Source: Candidatus Aenigmatarchaeota archaeon
GTDB taxonomy: Archaea > Aenigmatarchaeota > Aenigmatarchaeia > CG10238-14
Direction of reading: 5' to 3'
DNA length: 64,000 bases
NCBI GenBank assembly: GCA_044343545.1
Contig: JAWBZR010000002.1
Location: forward strand, 19,213 to 83,212
In this document: positions 49,548 through 59,687 of the stretch, one piece after another
Layout: every line of letters starts with the position of its first letter
How positions within the stretch are numbered: the first letter of the stretch is position 1
Translations under genes and position numbers: made by a program
The notes under the pieces: model-generated
Told to the model about the DNA's origin: nothing
The model's input: the letters and a program-made list of their open reading frames with translations, nothing else
Databases searched by the model: none

Positions 49548-50483
49548 ATGCAATTCCTTGTTGAAGAAGAAAAGGAGGGTCAAAAAGTTTACGAAACAAA
49601 AGTATTGAATAACCCTAAATCACTTTCTTGTTTTTCTAATGATTTGTGTTTGAAAGTAATCAAAGAAATAGCGAAGTCACCTTGCTGCACGATGGATATA
49701 GCAAGAAGGTTAAAGCAACATGAACAAAAGATATACTATCACATAAGAAAGCTAGAAAAATATGGAATAATAAAGCTTGAAGGTATAGAAGAAAGAGTTG
49801 GAGCGACAGCCAAAATCTATTCTCTCTCATCACCTACTTTTTCCTTTAAAATTTTGGATGAATATTATACTAAAAATCCAAAGGTGAAGCCTCTTGAAGT
49901 AAAGTTTTTAAGACCATTTATAGAAAATAGCAAGTTCAATGCTTTGATAATAGTTGGCAGTCCGGATCCGCATGGAAAATATAAAGCCCAAGCATCTGAC
50001 GGTTATTGTGCCATTAATTTAGGAGCTTTTTTAGGCCAATTTGTGTCTCAAATTAAATTGCCTATATACAAGCTTGACACTCAAGTTAACGATAATGATT
50101 TGAAGAAAAATCTCATAATTATAGGTGGACCGAAAATAAACATGATTGCAGAAAGAATAAACGAAAAGCTGCCTATTTATTTTAATTATTCTGATGAATT
50201 GTTGGATTGGACGATAATATCAACTTTGTCTAAAAAGATTTACAAGGAAAAAGAAATAGGTGTTATTGAGAGATTGAAGAATCCTTTTAATGAAGAGAAA
50301 GAAATTATATTTTTGTCTGGAAAAGGTTTTAGAGGAACAATTTCTGCAGTTATTGGATTTACCAACTATTTGAAAAAAGTTTCAGAAGGAAATTTGTATG
50401 ATAGCAAAGTGATAGCTAGAGTTGTAAGAGGCATAGACGGAGACGGTGACGGATTAATAGATGATGTGGATTTTTTGGAATAA
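49548..50483 (+). CDS. ArsR-like winged-HTH regulator fused to an S-layer-C-terminal-like domain
   Basis: DIARRL..HEQKIYYHIRKLEK.G HTH; NLIIIGGPKIN; terminal DGDGDG motif. Confidence 0.75.
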   Translation: MQFLVEEEKEGQKVYETKVLNNPKSLSCFSNDLCLKVIKEIAKSPCCTMDIARRLKQHEQKIYYHIRKLEKYGIIKLEGIEERVGATAKIYSLSSPTFSFKILDEYYTKNPKVKPLEVKFLRPFIENSKFNALIIVGSPDPHGKYKAQASDGYCAINLGAFLGQFVSQIKLPIYKLDTQVNDNDLKKNLIIIGGPKINMIAERINEKLPIYFNYSDELLDWTIISTLSKKIYKEKEIGVIERLKNPFNEEKEIIFLSGKGFRGTISAVIGFTNYLKKVSEGNLYDSKVIARVVRGIDGDGDGLIDDVDFLE

Positions 50484-50486
50484 TTT

Positions 50487-50717
50487 TTATTTTTGAAATA
50501 TTCTTTCCAAAGCATTTCTATTAAAACCTATAATAATGTTATTTTCAACTTCTATTACGGGAACACCCATCTGGCCTGTTTTTTCTATCATCTCTTTCGC
50601 AGCATCTACATTTACAGATACGTCCACTTCCTCATATGGTATGTTTTTAGATTCAAAGTATTGCTTCGCCATTTTACAAAAATAGCAATTTGGCGTAGTG
50701 TAAATTTTTACTTTCAT
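50487..50717 (-). CDS. Glutaredoxin/NrdH-like redoxin
   Basis: IYTTPNCYFC, GQMGVPVI, IIGF. Confidence 0.92.
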   Translation of the reverse strand: MKVKIYTTPNCYFCKMAKQYFESKNIPYEEVDVSVNVDAAKEMIEKTGQMGVPVIEVENNIIIGFNRNALERIFQK

Positions 50718-50800
50718 AATCTCATTTTATTAATTTTTTAGAACTTTATATTTTTTGCTAAAATTAAATATTAAAAGATTAGTTGCATTATAAAATTTTC

Positions 50801-51973
50801 ATGTCTAATTTTTTCGAAATCACATACACTTTTGGTAGGGCAAGGACGGGAGTGATACATACACCACACGGAAGTTTTGAAACTCCAGCATTCATACCAG
50901 TGGCAACGAGAGGCGTACCTCCAGGCTCATCTTTATCCGATCTTAGAAATATCGGATACAACTATATAATGTGTAATACATATCATCTAATGGAACGGGA
51001 GGATGAGATAAGACGTAGAGGCGGCTTGCATGCTTATTTGAATTGGGAGGGTGTAATATTTACAGATAGCGGAGGTTTTCAAGTTTTTAGTTTGGGTGCC
51101 GGCTCAGAGTTCGGTATAGGTAAAATAGGCAGCATCTTCACGGGTAGCGAAATTAAGAGGGGAAAAAATTATGTAAATATTTTAGATGACGGAGTTGAAT
51201 TTTTAGATCCAAAAACTGGTAAAAAAACAATATTGACACCAGAATATTCTATTTATCTTCAACAATTATATGGGTCTGATATTATGTTTGCTTTTGACGA
51301 GTGTACGTCACCTACTCATGACTATAAATATACTTTGGATGCTTTGGAGAGAACTCATAGATGGGCGAAAAGGTGTCTTTGCGCGAAAACTAAAAATGCT
51401 TTGTTCGGTATAGTTCAAGGTGGTGTATATAAAGATTTGAGAGAAAAGAGTGCCAACTATTTGAGTAGATTGCCTTTTGATGGTTATGCTATAGGTGGTT
51501 CTTTGGGAAAAAGCAAGAATGACATGTATAGGATATTAGATTGGGTTTTACCTTTGCTTCCACAAAACAAACCGAGACATTTGTTAGGTATAGGAAGGCT
51601 TGATGATATTTTTGAAGCGGTTGAGAGAGGCGTAGACACGTTCGATTGTGTGGAGCCAACAAGGTTAGCGAGGCATGGTAGCTTATTAGTGTCACCAAAG
51701 TCTGGAGGTAGTGTTAAAAATTGGTTTAGATGGAATATATCTAAATCTAAAGGCAATGATGCTAGGGTAGATGAAGATTGTACATGCCCACTATGTCAAA
51801 GTTATACTCGAAAATATGTGTATGAAATGTTTAAGGATAAAGATTCACAATACCTTCGATTAGCAGCCATTCACAATTTAACTTTTATGTACAATTTTAT
51901 GAGAGCGATCAGAGAATCTATAATGATTGGGAGATTTAGTGAATTGAAAGGGTATTGGCTTTGTTCAGTTTAA
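50801..51973 (+). CDS. tgt: tRNA-guanine transglycosylase, bacterial (queuine/preQ1, position 34) type
   Basis: TPAFIPVAT, NTYHL, TDSGGFQVFSL, FDEC, GIVQGG, PRHLLG, FDCV.PTR.ARHG, CTC..C...HN zinc site; no PUA extension. Confidence 0.9.
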   Translation: MSNFFEITYTFGRARTGVIHTPHGSFETPAFIPVATRGVPPGSSLSDLRNIGYNYIMCNTYHLMEREDEIRRRGGLHAYLNWEGVIFTDSGGFQVFSLGAGSEFGIGKIGSIFTGSEIKRGKNYVNILDDGVEFLDPKTGKKTILTPEYSIYLQQLYGSDIMFAFDECTSPTHDYKYTLDALERTHRWAKRCLCAKTKNALFGIVQGGVYKDLREKSANYLSRLPFDGYAIGGSLGKSKNDMYRILDWVLPLLPQNKPRHLLGIGRLDDIFEAVERGVDTFDCVEPTRLARHGSLLVSPKSGGSVKNWFRWNISKSKGNDARVDEDCTCPLCQSYTRKYVYEMFKDKDSQYLRLAAIHNLTFMYNFMRAIRESIMIGRFSELKGYWLCSV

Positions 51974-52675
51974 ATTTTTTAAACCAACCCAGATTTCTTT
52001 GAAAAATTCTTCTTGTTCTGTCGTCACGTCACCTCTTTGTGCCAAATATAACAAAGGAAGAAAATGTTTCACTATCTCTTCTCTTTTCCATTCATCAACC
52101 AATTTTGAAAATTCTACTTTATTTTTGTTTAAGAGCCTTGTTAGATCTTCTATTTCTTTGAGCAAGTTGTTTATTCTTTTCTCTATATCTTCCTCGTTAA
52201 GAAGTATGTTTTCTGCGATTCTTTTTCCAAGGACGTGTTTTCTGCGATCTTTTCTTTCTTTGACTCTCATAGCTTTTCTTAATGCATCAATGAGTTCTTC
52301 AAGTGTGACTGGCCTTGTCGGCATTCTTTCAACCGGTGCAGGAATTTTTATTTGTTGCAATTTTTCTTTCAAAATTTCCAATTCTTCATCGAATGTTTGA
52401 GCAATTTGTATCATTTCATCCTCTTCCTCTTTTGGAAATAATGTTTCTATTTTCAATTTGAGTAATATTGCTGCGACAAAAATAATTTTTGCAGGTATTC
52501 TAAAGTCCAACATTTTTACAGTTTCAATGTATTTCAAAAAAGAATCAGCCAACTTCACTATATCTATATCCCAAGGGTCTAAACCTTCTATACTAACAAT
52601 ATTATAAATAACATCTTCCCATGTTTCGCTTTCCATTATTTTTTTTAATATATCTTTTTCTTTACTTTCACTCAT
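51965..52675 (-). CDS. scpA: Segregation/condensation protein A (kleisin)
   Basis: LDPWDIDIV, AAILLKLK, RPVTLEELI.AL, FLPLLYL...QEEFF; directly downstream of smc. Confidence 0.92.
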   Translation of the reverse strand: MSESKEKDILKKIMESETWEDVIYNIVSIEGLDPWDIDIVKLADSFLKYIETVKMLDFRIPAKIIFVAAILLKLKIETLFPKEEEDEMIQIAQTFDEELEILKEKLQQIKIPAPVERMPTRPVTLEELIDALRKAMRVKERKDRRKHVLGKRIAENILLNEEDIEKRINNLLKEIEDLTRLLNKNKVEFSKLVDEWKREEIVKHFLPLLYLAQRGDVTTEQEEFFKEIWVGLKNLN

Positions 52676-55163
52676 TAGGCATCTCCAATCCTAATATCTT
52701 TGATTCTCCGTTTTCCATTACTACGCCATATACTTTATCTGCTTGCTTTATTGTATAATCATTGTGGGAAATCAAAATGAATTGATGGTCTTTTGATTGT
52801 TTTTTGATCATGTCTATGATTTTTTTTGTATTAATCTTATCTAAAAAAGCATCGATTTCGTCGAGAACATAAAATGGTGCGGGTTTATACATTTGCACAG
52901 CAAGCAAAAAAGTCAAAGCCGTCACAGATTTTTCCCCTCCGGACATGGCATCTATGTTTACTATGGCTTTGCCTGTAGGATTTGCTTTGATTATCAAACC
53001 GCTTTCTATATTCAACGGATCTTCCAATTCCAGCGAAGCATCACCGCCTACTATTTCTTTGAATAGTTTTTGAAAGTTTTCATTTATCGCTTCAAGCGTC
53101 GTGTAGAAAACTTCTTTTCTTTTTTCTTCTATTTTTTCGATCATTTCAAGAATGGCTTGCCTTTCCTTGTTTATGACATCATATTTGCTTTTTAATTCAT
53201 CAAATTCTACTTTGAAACTTTCATATTCTTCTATCGCTTTCAAGTTTACAAGACCTAAAGAGTTTAATTCTCTTATAGTATCTTGAATTCTCATCTCGAG
53301 TATTTCAGGCTTTTCATCTATGAATTCTATGTTTCCATATCTTTCTGCTTCTATTTTATAATTATCAATTTCCGCTTCTAACTTTGCTGCCTTTATTTTA
53401 GCTTTGTTTATCTTGTTTTGCAAGATTATTCTTTGCTCGTATAATTGCTTTCTTTTTTCTTTCAATTCTTCTATATCTTCCTCTATATTCTTTCTTTCTT
53501 CCTCAAGTAAGGCAATCTCCTTATCTTCTTTTTCTTCGATTTTTTTCAACTCTTCAACTTTCCTTTCCATTTGCTGAATTTCTACTTGCAAAAAGTTTAC
53601 TTCTTCTTCCAAATCTTTTTTTGCTTGCAAGTATTCTCCTATTTCTTTGTCTACACCAAAAATTTCTTTCTTTTTATAAAACCCACCTATCATTGCTCCT
53701 GTTGGTTCAACCAAGTCACCATCAAGCGTCACCATCCTCACGTTACCTATACCGATATCTCTTGCAACTCCCAAATTTTCTACTATTATAGTATCACCGA
53801 AAATGTGCTCTATAGCAGGTGCGAACTTCCTATCATAATTTATGACATCCATGACGCATCCGATAACTCCAGGTTTTTTCAGCAAGAGTTTTTGTTCCGG
53901 AGTCAATTTTTTCGGTTTTATTTTGTTTAAAGGTAAAAACGTAGCCCTACCGATTTTTTCTCTTTTAAGATAACTTATGCATTCGGTAGCAATTAACGTA
54001 TCTTCAACAACAATATTTTGTAACCTTCCACCGCCAGCCACTTCAACAGCAATTTCATATTCCGGAGGAACGCTTATGAGTTGGCTTACTACGCCATGCA
54101 CACCCTTTCTATTCAATTCTAAAATTGCTTGAACAGATTTTTCAAGATCTTTTCTTTCGTATTTCAAAACTTCCAATTTTTGTATCATTTGACTTATTCT
54201 TTCCATTTCTCTGACATTTGCGTCAATTTTTGCTTGATTCCTGTAAATCCTGTTTCTTAAATCATCTATTTCAACTCTTAAGCTACTTCCTTTAGAACGA
54301 ATGAAAATTTTGTTTGATATTTCTTCTTTTCTGCTTTCAGCTAACTCCAAATCTTTTTCAACTTTTTTTATTTCATCTTCTATATCTCTAATCTTTACTT
54401 CTATGTCCGTTGCTTCTTGGTCTGCTTTTTTGAAATCTTCCAACAAATAAAGATATTTTTGTTTGGCTAAGGATGCTTTTAAAACTTCAAGTTTTTTTTG
54501 CAAATCTTTGTATTTCAATGCAATGTTTCTATCATTTTCAAGCTCGAGTAGCCTTTGCATTCTTTCAGAAATTACTATTTCAACTTCCTTTAATTTTTGT
54601 TCAACCTTTTCAAGATTTGCTTTTGCCTTTTCTTTTTTTTCATTATAATGACTTATGCCAGCTATATCATCTATTATAAATCTTCTTTCCTCCGGGCTCA
54701 TTTCTATAATTTCATTCACGTCACCTTGCATTATTATGTTGAATCCATCTGGATGAATTCTTGCGGCAGATAAAACTTCAAGTATATTTTCTCTTGTAGT
54801 AGTCTTTCCATTTAACTTGAAAATGCTCATGCCGTTTTTGCTTATTTTTCTTGTTATTGCTATTTCATCTTCTTCGAAAGGAAACACTTTATTTTTATTA
54901 TCGAACCATATTGTTACAGAAGCAAAATCTGCAGGTGGATAAATTTTATTTCCATGATATATTAGGTCATGTAACTTTTCTGCTCTTAAAGACTTCACAG
55001 ACGTTCTTCCTATGGCAAAGCAGATGGCATCCAATATATTCGTCTTTCCAGAGCCATTTGGGCCGGTGATAACTGTCAAGCCTTCAAAAAAAGGTATGGA
55101 TATTTTTTTTCTAAATGACTTGAAACCCTGCATGCTTATTCTATTAATTTTTGTTTCCACCAT
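52668..55163 (-). CDS. smc: Chromosome segregation protein SMC (short, 831 aa)
   Basis: GFKSF, GPNGSGKTN, Q-loop IMQG, hinge (GRATFLPL, VTLDGD..GAMIGG), MSGGEK, LDEIDAFLD. Confidence 0.95.
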   Translation of the reverse strand: MVETKINRISMQGFKSFRKKISIPFFEGLTVITGPNGSGKTNILDAICFAIGRTSVKSLRAEKLHDLIYHGNKIYPPADFASVTIWFDNKNKVFPFEEDEIAITRKISKNGMSIFKLNGKTTTRENILEVLSAARIHPDGFNIIMQGDVNEIIEMSPEERRFIIDDIAGISHYNEKKEKAKANLEKVEQKLKEVEIVISERMQRLLELENDRNIALKYKDLQKKLEVLKASLAKQKYLYLLEDFKKADQEATDIEVKIRDIEDEIKKVEKDLELAESRKEEISNKIFIRSKGSSLRVEIDDLRNRIYRNQAKIDANVREMERISQMIQKLEVLKYERKDLEKSVQAILELNRKGVHGVVSQLISVPPEYEIAVEVAGGGRLQNIVVEDTLIATECISYLKREKIGRATFLPLNKIKPKKLTPEQKLLLKKPGVIGCVMDVINYDRKFAPAIEHIFGDTIIVENLGVARDIGIGNVRMVTLDGDLVEPTGAMIGGFYKKKEIFGVDKEIGEYLQAKKDLEEEVNFLQVEIQQMERKVEELKKIEEKEDKEIALLEEERKNIEEDIEELKEKRKQLYEQRIILQNKINKAKIKAAKLEAEIDNYKIEAERYGNIEFIDEKPEILEMRIQDTIRELNSLGLVNLKAIEEYESFKVEFDELKSKYDVINKERQAILEMIEKIEEKRKEVFYTTLEAINENFQKLFKEIVGGDASLELEDPLNIESGLIIKANPTGKAIVNIDAMSGGEKSVTALTFLLAVQMYKPAPFYVLDEIDAFLDKINTKKIIDMIKKQSKDHQFILISHNDYTIKQADKVYGVVMENGESKILGLEMPNE

Positions 55164-55204
55164 AATTCATCAACAATTAAAATATTACTTATCAGTTTCT
55201 AAAT

Positions 55205-57838
55205 TTAAAAAGGCAAATAATTATATTTTCTCTTTTTTATTTCACCTAAAAATAAAATGGAAGAAGATATGGCAATGGATAGTAAAAATTCTTTTATAGA
55301 TAAAGGTTCCAAGCCCATAATCTTCAAAAAAGTTGGATTGAAGATTGCTAATGTTTGAAGTAAGACGGTCAATAAAAACAGAATTGAAAATGCAACGTTG
55401 TCTTTTATTTTCATCTTGAAAATAGATATTTTTTCTGATCTACAATTTAGTGCGTTAAAAAGTTCAAACCAAACCATTGTATTGAAAGCAAAAACGGTTG
55501 CTTTTGATAAATTATTTTTCGAATAGATGAAATAAAGTAAAAATACTCCGAAAAATATGAAAATTGATTGACCGATTATTCTTTTTATTACATCTTCATT
55601 TAAGAATCCTTGCTTCGGATCTTTTGGTTTTTCTTTTAACAAATTCTTTTCCCCTCTTTCAAAAACAAAACCGCTGGCAGGCACACCTTCCGTTACTATA
55701 TTAAGCCATAATATTTGTTTAGCCGTGTACGGAAAAGGCAAACCAAATAATATGCTTGTCAAGATAACCAACACCTCTGCTATTGATGTAGAAACAAGAT
55801 AAACTACCGAATTCTTTATGTTTTGATAAACTCTTCTACCTTCTTCGATTGCGTAAACTATGGTGTTAAAATCTTCATCTACCAAGATGATATCGCTTGC
55901 TTCTTTTGCGACTTCCGTCCCCCTACCCATTGAAATGCCAACTTCAGACATCTTTAATGCCGGAGCATCGTTTATACCATCCCCTGTCACCAAAACCCTA
56001 TGTCCTTTTTCTCTTAAAGCTTGCACAATTTTTATCTTTTGCTCCGGAGTTGTTCTTGCAAAGATATCAACATCGTCAACTATTTCGACAAGTTTTTCAA
56101 AAGTTATAGAATTCATATCTTTTCCGGTGATAACCTTTCTTACTTTCATTCCAACTTCTTTTGCAACATATATTGCAGTTAACTCGTGATCGCCTGTTAT
56201 TATCTTTACATTTATTCCAGCTTCCTTGCATTTTCTTATAGCCTCCTTAGCTTCGGGTCGTGGGGGATCAACCATTCCTACTATGCCAATAAAATACAGG
56301 CCAGTTTCTGCATTATTCGGTTTTGGTTTATCGGTCTTTTTGTATGCTAAGGCCAATATTCTCAAACCTCTAGAAGCCATATCTTTCACTTGGTTCAATA
56401 AAAATTTCTTTTTTCTTTCTGTGAGTAACTTTCCGTCAAAGTCGTAGACGCATTTTTCTATTATCACTTCCGGTGAACCTTTCGAGAAGATGAAATTCTC
56501 TTTATCTTTGTAGGCGACTGTCATCATTTTTCTTTCTGAATCAAAAGGTATCTCAAAAATGAGATTTTCATCATTTTTTTCTATTTCGATGTTTGCTTTT
56601 TTTGCTAAAACTAATAAAGCACCTTCCAACGGAGAACCCATAACCCAATAGTTACCTGTATAATTTTTCAATATAGCATTATTACAAATAACCCCAGCTT
56701 TTATGAGCATTAAAAGTCTTTCATCTTTTTTGGGATCAATTTTTTTGTTTTTTATGAAAAATTCTCCTTCAGGCAAATAACCGCTTCCGCTAACTGTGAT
56801 TTTCTTGTTGGTGTATATCTCTTTTACTGTAATTTCATTTCTTGTTAACGTACCCGTCTTGTCAGTGCAAATAACATCAATACTAGAAAGACTTTCTATG
56901 GCAACAAATTTTCTAACTAAAGCCTTTCTTTTTGCCAGCATATTAGCGCTAAAAGCAAGTGAAACAGTGATTATTATCGGTAAACTTTCAGGAACCGTGG
57001 AAATGGCTAATGCTAAAACAGCTAAAAAAGCTTGTTTCATTTCCGCACCTTTTGTAATAACCACTAAAAATATTACCAAGCAAATTGATGTGAGCAAAAT
57101 AGTTAATTGTTTACCCAAATTATCTATTTCACTTTTCAAGGGAGACTTTTCTTCTTCTTGACTCACAAGTTTGGCGATTTTACCTATTTCCGTTTTGCTT
57201 CCGGTTTCTGTTACTATCGCTATAGCCCTTCCGTGTGTTATAACAGTGCCAGAATAAACCATGTTAATTCTATCAGCTATATCCACGTCACTCTTTATTG
57301 TCTCGTGCGTTTTCTTTATCGGAACAGATTCTCCAGTTAACAAGGATTCGTCTACTTCTAAGGAATGCGCTTCGATTATTCTTGCGTCAGCCGGTACTTT
57401 ATCTCCGGTTAACAGAATAATTATGTCGCCGGGCACCAATTCATCAGAAGAAATTTCTATTTGTTTTCCGTCTCTAATAACTTTGACCTTAGGTAAGGTC
57501 ATCTTTTTTAATTCTTTTACAATCTTTTCAGCTTTGTATTCTTGAAAGAAACCTATACCAACAATTATGAGAGTAAAAGTTGCTATTAATAAAAAATCTA
57601 CAATTTCATTGAGAGTAAAAGAAATTATAGCAGCTATAAGAAGCAAAATCGTCATGAAACTTTTCAATTGATTGAAAACTATTTTCAAAATGTTTATGCT
57701 ATATTCTTCATAAATTATGTTCTTTTTAAAAATTCTTTTTCTCTTTTCTACTTCATCGCTTGTTAAACCATTTCTTGACGAACCCAATTGTTTTATAGTT
57801 TCTTCTGCAGAAAGTTTGTACCATTCTCTCGAATTCAT
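55205..57838 (-). CDS. Cation-transporting P-type ATPase (type II, Ca2+-like)
   Basis: LTGES, VPESLP, DKTGTLT, KGSPE, DPPR, TGD, GDGINDAPAL; ATG at 57838. Confidence 0.93.
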   Translation of the reverse strand: MNSREWYKLSAEETIKQLGSSRNGLTSDEVEKRKRIFKKNIIYEEYSINILKIVFNQLKSFMTILLLIAAIISFTLNEIVDFLLIATFTLIIVGIGFFQEYKAEKIVKELKKMTLPKVKVIRDGKQIEISSDELVPGDIIILLTGDKVPADARIIEAHSLEVDESLLTGESVPIKKTHETIKSDVDIADRINMVYSGTVITHGRAIAIVTETGSKTEIGKIAKLVSQEEEKSPLKSEIDNLGKQLTILLTSICLVIFLVVITKGAEMKQAFLAVLALAISTVPESLPIIITVSLAFSANMLAKRKALVRKFVAIESLSSIDVICTDKTGTLTRNEITVKEIYTNKKITVSGSGYLPEGEFFIKNKKIDPKKDERLLMLIKAGVICNNAILKNYTGNYWVMGSPLEGALLVLAKKANIEIEKNDENLIFEIPFDSERKMMTVAYKDKENFIFSKGSPEVIIEKCVYDFDGKLLTERKKKFLLNQVKDMASRGLRILALAYKKTDKPKPNNAETGLYFIGIVGMVDPPRPEAKEAIRKCKEAGINVKIITGDHELTAIYVAKEVGMKVRKVITGKDMNSITFEKLVEIVDDVDIFARTTPEQKIKIVQALREKGHRVLVTGDGINDAPALKMSEVGISMGRGTEVAKEASDIILVDEDFNTIVYAIEEGRRVYQNIKNSVVYLVSTSIAEVLVILTSILFGLPFPYTAKQILWLNIVTEGVPASGFVFERGEKNLLKEKPKDPKQGFLNEDVIKRIIGQSIFIFFGVFLLYFIYSKNNLSKATVFAFNTMVWFELFNALNCRSEKISIFKMKIKDNVAFSILFLLTVLLQTLAIFNPTFLKIMGLEPLSIKEFLLSIAISSSILFLGEIKKRKYNYLPF

Positions 57839-57840
57839 AA

Positions 57841-58620
57841 CTAATACCTTGATAAAATTGTTTTCACTTCTTTTAATAATTCTACAGCACCTTCCCTCGC
57901 CCAAATATTTCTACCCAAAGCAAACCCCTTTGCTCCAGCCATTAAAGCATTATTCACGTTATTCAAAAAATCTTCTTTTGTTTTAGTTTCCGGACCACCC
58001 GCAACTAATAATGGTACAAAGCAGCTTTTAACTACTTTCGCGAAAGTTTCTCTACTACCAGTATAGTAAGTTTTTACCACGTCGCATCCTATTTCAGCTC
58101 CTACTCTCGCGGCATATTCAATCGCTCTATGGTCATATTTATTTTTGTATTTCGGAGATCGAGGGTACATAAAACCTATTAAAGGCATCCCAACTTCCAA
58201 GCATCTTTTTTTTACTTGAGAAAATTGCTCGAACATGTAATATTCCATGTCACTTCCTAAATAAATGGTGAACGCGACCGCATCTGCTCCCAAATAAACA
58301 GCCTCATCAACTGTTGTAATGAGAGATTGAACATTGCTTCTTTCACTAACCAAGGACGTCCTTCCAGTTAACTTTATGACTAAAGCAAAATCTTTTGGTA
58401 AATAATCTTTCACCACTCTAGCTGCTCCAGCGTGAAGTATTATTCCGTTTGCACCCCCGTCTATAGCTATTTTTGCTATTTTTACCGGATGTAGGTCAAC
58501 GTTTGGATAGGCAAGAGGTCCGTGTTCGACCATATGATCAAAGGCTATAAGCAAAGATTTACCGTCCCTCAAGATTTTTTTCATCCTTTCTTGCTTATTT
58601 TTTCTAAACACACCTTTCAC
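57841..58620 (-). CDS. Class I fructose-bisphosphate aldolase (DhnA/archaeal type)
   Basis: AFDH..EHGP, LGADAV, YPR, YAARVGAEIG.DVVKT.Y (Schiff-base Lys), AGG, GRNIW. Confidence 0.88.
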   Translation of the reverse strand: MKGVFRKNKQERMKKILRDGKSLLIAFDHMVEHGPLAYPNVDLHPVKIAKIAIDGGANGIILHAGAARVVKDYLPKDFALVIKLTGRTSLVSERSNVQSLITTVDEAVYLGADAVAFTIYLGSDMEYYMFEQFSQVKKRCLEVGMPLIGFMYPRSPKYKNKYDHRAIEYAARVGAEIGCDVVKTYYTGSRETFAKVVKSCFVPLLVAGGPETKTKEDFLNNVNNALMAGAKGFALGRNIWAREGAVELLKEVKTILSRY

Positions 58621-59557
58621 CTATTATTTTCAATATATCATTTTCGTTTGGGAAATTTTTTACTGCACCAACGGTTTGAATGTTCAACGAAGCACACACG
58701 CAGGCAAATTTCAAAGCATATGTCAATGCATCTTTCCTCAAAAGAGAGTAGAGAAAAGCTGCAGTAAAAGCATCACCTGCACCTGTTGTATCTACGACTT
58801 TTACTTTGTAAGCTTTTTGTTGATATATCTTTGTTCCGTGCATTGCGATGCAACCTCTATTACCTCTTGTTATGACAACAGTTTCAGGACCCATATCCTT
58901 TATTGCTTGAAGCGAGTTTGGCAATTCTTTTTTTGTCAACAATTTCGCTTCTTCCTCATTCATTATAGCTATGTGGCTATTTTTCATAAGCTCCGATAGG
59001 TCTCTCTTCCTTTCCTTTATCATTGCAGCGCTTGGATTGGCTACGATAAATAGTCCGCATTCTTTTGCATACTTGTATGCCCTATATAAAGCTTCGATAG
59101 ATTTTTCACCCACCACCGAAGTGAAGACAAAATATCTAAACAGATTCACGTATTCTTTTGTAATTTTTTTTGCATCGATAAAATCATTTGCCCCTCTGTA
59201 AATTATTATTGTTCTTTCATTATCCTCTCCTATAAGCACCACAGATTTACCAGTGGGTTTGTCTATAATTTGAATGCCGTCGACGTTAACACCTGCTTGA
59301 TTCAAGAAATTCAGCAAAGATCGGCCGAATTCGTCATTACCTACAGCGCCTATGATCCCAGATTTTTTACCCAATGAGGCAATCCCATAAGCTATATTAA
59401 GTGCAGAACCTCCAAAATCTGTTTCCAAGAAATTAGCTTGAATTTTCGTTCCGTAATCTAAGGCGAATTGTTTCTTTTTTCCCAACTTTTTAACTTTGAT
59501 TTGTTTTGAATATGCAATCACATCCGTTATTATGGAACCAAAAGATAGAACGTCCAT
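58604..59557 (-). CDS. PfkB/ribokinase-family carbohydrate kinase
   Basis: GGSALN.A, VGNDEFG, NEEEA, DTTGAGDAF. Confidence 0.92.
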   Translation of the reverse strand: MDVLSFGSIITDVIAYSKQIKVKKLGKKKQFALDYGTKIQANFLETDFGGSALNIAYGIASLGKKSGIIGAVGNDEFGRSLLNFLNQAGVNVDGIQIIDKPTGKSVVLIGEDNERTIIIYRGANDFIDAKKITKEYVNLFRYFVFTSVVGEKSIEALYRAYKYAKECGLFIVANPSAAMIKERKRDLSELMKNSHIAIMNEEEAKLLTKKELPNSLQAIKDMGPETVVITRGNRGCIAMHGTKIYQQKAYKVKVVDTTGAGDAFTAAFLYSLLRKDALTYALKFACVCASLNIQTVGAVKNFPNENDILKIIGERCV

Positions 59558-59687
59558 ATTTAGAATTTAATGTTTTTTTAATTATTAAATTTGTTAAAAC
59601 AAGTTTATTTTATTTCATAAAGCTATGGTAGTTATTTAGTATTATTTCTTCTGGCATATTTAGGCTAAAAAGAAGGTAGGCAAAATT

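Noticed and set aside
59558..59687. att site or tRNA fragment next to the integrase
   Set aside because: No tRNA and no convincing direct repeat in view; GCTATGGTAGT only loosely matches the tRNA-Asp 5' end
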